64,000 nucleotides of DNA from positions 1 to 64,000 of the forward strand of contig JBDHAB010000005.1 in assembly GCA_039588295.1 (NCBI GenBank), given 5' to 3'. This document shows, one piece after another, positions 62,879 through 64,000 of this stretch. Origin of the DNA: Gemmatimonadota bacterium. Its GTDB lineage: Bacteria > Gemmatimonadota > Gemmatimonadetes > Gemmatimonadales > GWC2-71-9. Below the pieces are notes generated by a model that saw nothing but the letters and a program-made list of their open reading frames with translations, did not search any database and had not been told where the DNA came from. Positions within the stretch are counted from its first letter, which is position 1. Each line of letters opens with the position of its first letter. Both the position numbers and the translations under genes were made by a program.

Positions 62879-63235
62879 TCACTCACCGAGCAATTCGATC
62901 CGCGCCAGCTCGGCCCCATCGCCCGGCCGGTGTCCAATCTTGAGAATGCGGGTGTACCCACCGGGCCGGCTCGCGAAGCGCGGTCCGATCTCGCCAAACA
63001 GTCGGCCAGCAACTTCGCGGTCCTTGATGTGCCGCTCGACTTGCCGGCGGGCGTGCAAGTCGCCCCTCCGAGCCAACGTGATCAGGCGCTCGGCGAACGG
63101 CCGCAGTTCCTTGGCTTTGGCGTTGGTTGTCACGACACGCTCGTGACGGAATAACGACGTGGCCATGTTTCGCAACATGGCGCGCTTGTGCGCCGTCGTC
63201 CGGCTCAACTGCCGGCCCTTGTTGCGATGCCGCAT
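62879..63235 (-). CDS. rplQ: 50S ribosomal protein bL17
   Basis: MRHRNKGRQLSR...HKRAMLRNMATSL, TT..KAKELR, RPGGYTRILK.G.R.GD.A. Confidence 0.97.
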   Translation of the reverse strand: MRHRNKGRQLSRTTAHKRAMLRNMATSLFRHERVVTTNAKAKELRPFAERLITLARRGDLHARRQVERHIKDREVAGRLFGEIGPRFASRPGGYTRILKIGHRPGDGAELARIELLGE

Positions 63236-63240
63236 GAGCC

Positions 63241-64000
63241 CTAGCCCTCGACCGGCTCGTCGGCAGGCATGTCCGCGGCGGCACCGGCGATGGCCACAGG
63301 GGCCGTCCCTTCGCTCACCACGACCAGCTCGCCTTCCTGCTCCTCAAACGCCATTCCGAAGTTAAGCCCTTCGCGCCGCAGCATATCCGCAATCTCGCCC
63401 AGCGCCTTCTCGCCGACGTTCTTGACCTTGAGGAGGTCTTCCTCGGTGTAGCACACGAGGTCGGCGAGAGTGCTGATGCTCGAGTTCTTCAGCGAATTGA
63501 TCGACCGAACCGACAGTCCGCAGTCATCAATCGCCTTCGCCAGGAGTTCGCGGAGCTGCGACCCGTCCGGACCCGGTGCCTCCGCTGGAGGCTCGCCGGG
63601 AACCAACGGCAGCTGGCCGAAGTCGATAAAGAACCGGAAGTGCTCCTGTAACAGTGCCGCCGCGTAGGCGACCGCGTCCTCGGGGGGGACCGCACCGTTC
63701 GTTTCCACAGTCAGATTGAGGCTGTCGAAGTCGGTGCGCTGTCCCACGCGCGTCTCGTGGACCGTGAAATTCGCGCGTCGCACTGGATTGTAGACCGCAT
63801 CGATGCGCACCAGATCCACTGGGAGGGATCGGTCGGCCTCGTGCTGAGCTGCCTCGACGTAGCCGCGGCCTTTGCGCACATACAGTTCGCCCGTGACCTC
63901 GCGGTCTTCCTGTAGGGTGAAGAGCGCGTGTTCGGGATGCACGATTTCCACGGCCGCGTTGGGAACGATGTTGGCTGCCGTGACCGGCCCCGCCTTCTCC
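63241..64000 (-). CDS. rpoA: RNA polymerase alpha subunit (partial; 5' end beyond the window)
   Basis: GRGYV.A, IDAVYNPVRRANF.V..TRVGQRTDFD.L.L.VETNG, alpha-CTD LSVRSINSLK...KNVGEKAL.EI. Confidence 0.96.
   Translation of the reverse strand, partial: EKAGPVTAANIVPNAAVEIVHPEHALFTLQEDREVTGELYVRKGRGYVEAAQHEADRSLPVDLVRIDAVYNPVRRANFTVHETRVGQRTDFDSLNLTVETNGAVPPEDAVAYAAALLQEHFRFFIDFGQLPLVPGEPPAEAPGPDGSQLRELLAKAIDDCGLSVRSINSLKNSSISTLADLVCYTEEDLLKVKNVGEKALGEIADMLRREGLNFGMAFEEQEGELVVVSEGTAPVAIAGAAADMPADEPVEG

Overview
High-GC bacterial chromosomal core region. Gene content and protein architecture suggest Gemmatimonadota, which is an inference. About 50 CDS are present, almost all on the minus strand in long, tightly coupled runs; only the SurA/PpiD-like chaperone and rpmB are on the plus strand. 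In minus-strand transcription order: rpoA (partial)-rplQ; gmd-rmd-carB-murB; a nucleotide-sugar block (wbpD/E/B/A-like, ugd, uxs, epimerase); TPR proteins-bamD-nadD-secA-radC-rel-uvrB-tsaE-tsaB-rimI; a bifunctional FTCD; ssb-LysM(TsaP-like)-galE-tolQ-tolR-tolA/tonB-tolB-pal-cpoB; a 1181-aa ORF fusing TatC to an LptD-like outer-membrane protein; a lipoprotein; hutH-hutU-hutI; a large TPR protein-polyprenyl synthase-DUF4321-tatA; TPR protein-pepP-efp-accB-pilT-accC-comB-ftsK; and a partial Ig-like lipoprotein. I recognised no rRNA, tRNA, CRISPR array, transposase or integrase. The most notable observations are: (1) the TatC-signal peptide-LptD apparent polyprotein; (2) an FTCD that looks like the animal enzyme; (3) two adjacent genes that appear to need CTG start codons; (4) heptamer repeat arrays in intergenic spacers, one with G-quadruplex versus long-hairpin potential; (5) a four-cysteine insert in SecA; (6) candidate structured non-coding segments. 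All family calls come from motif recognition by eye; no database searches were run.
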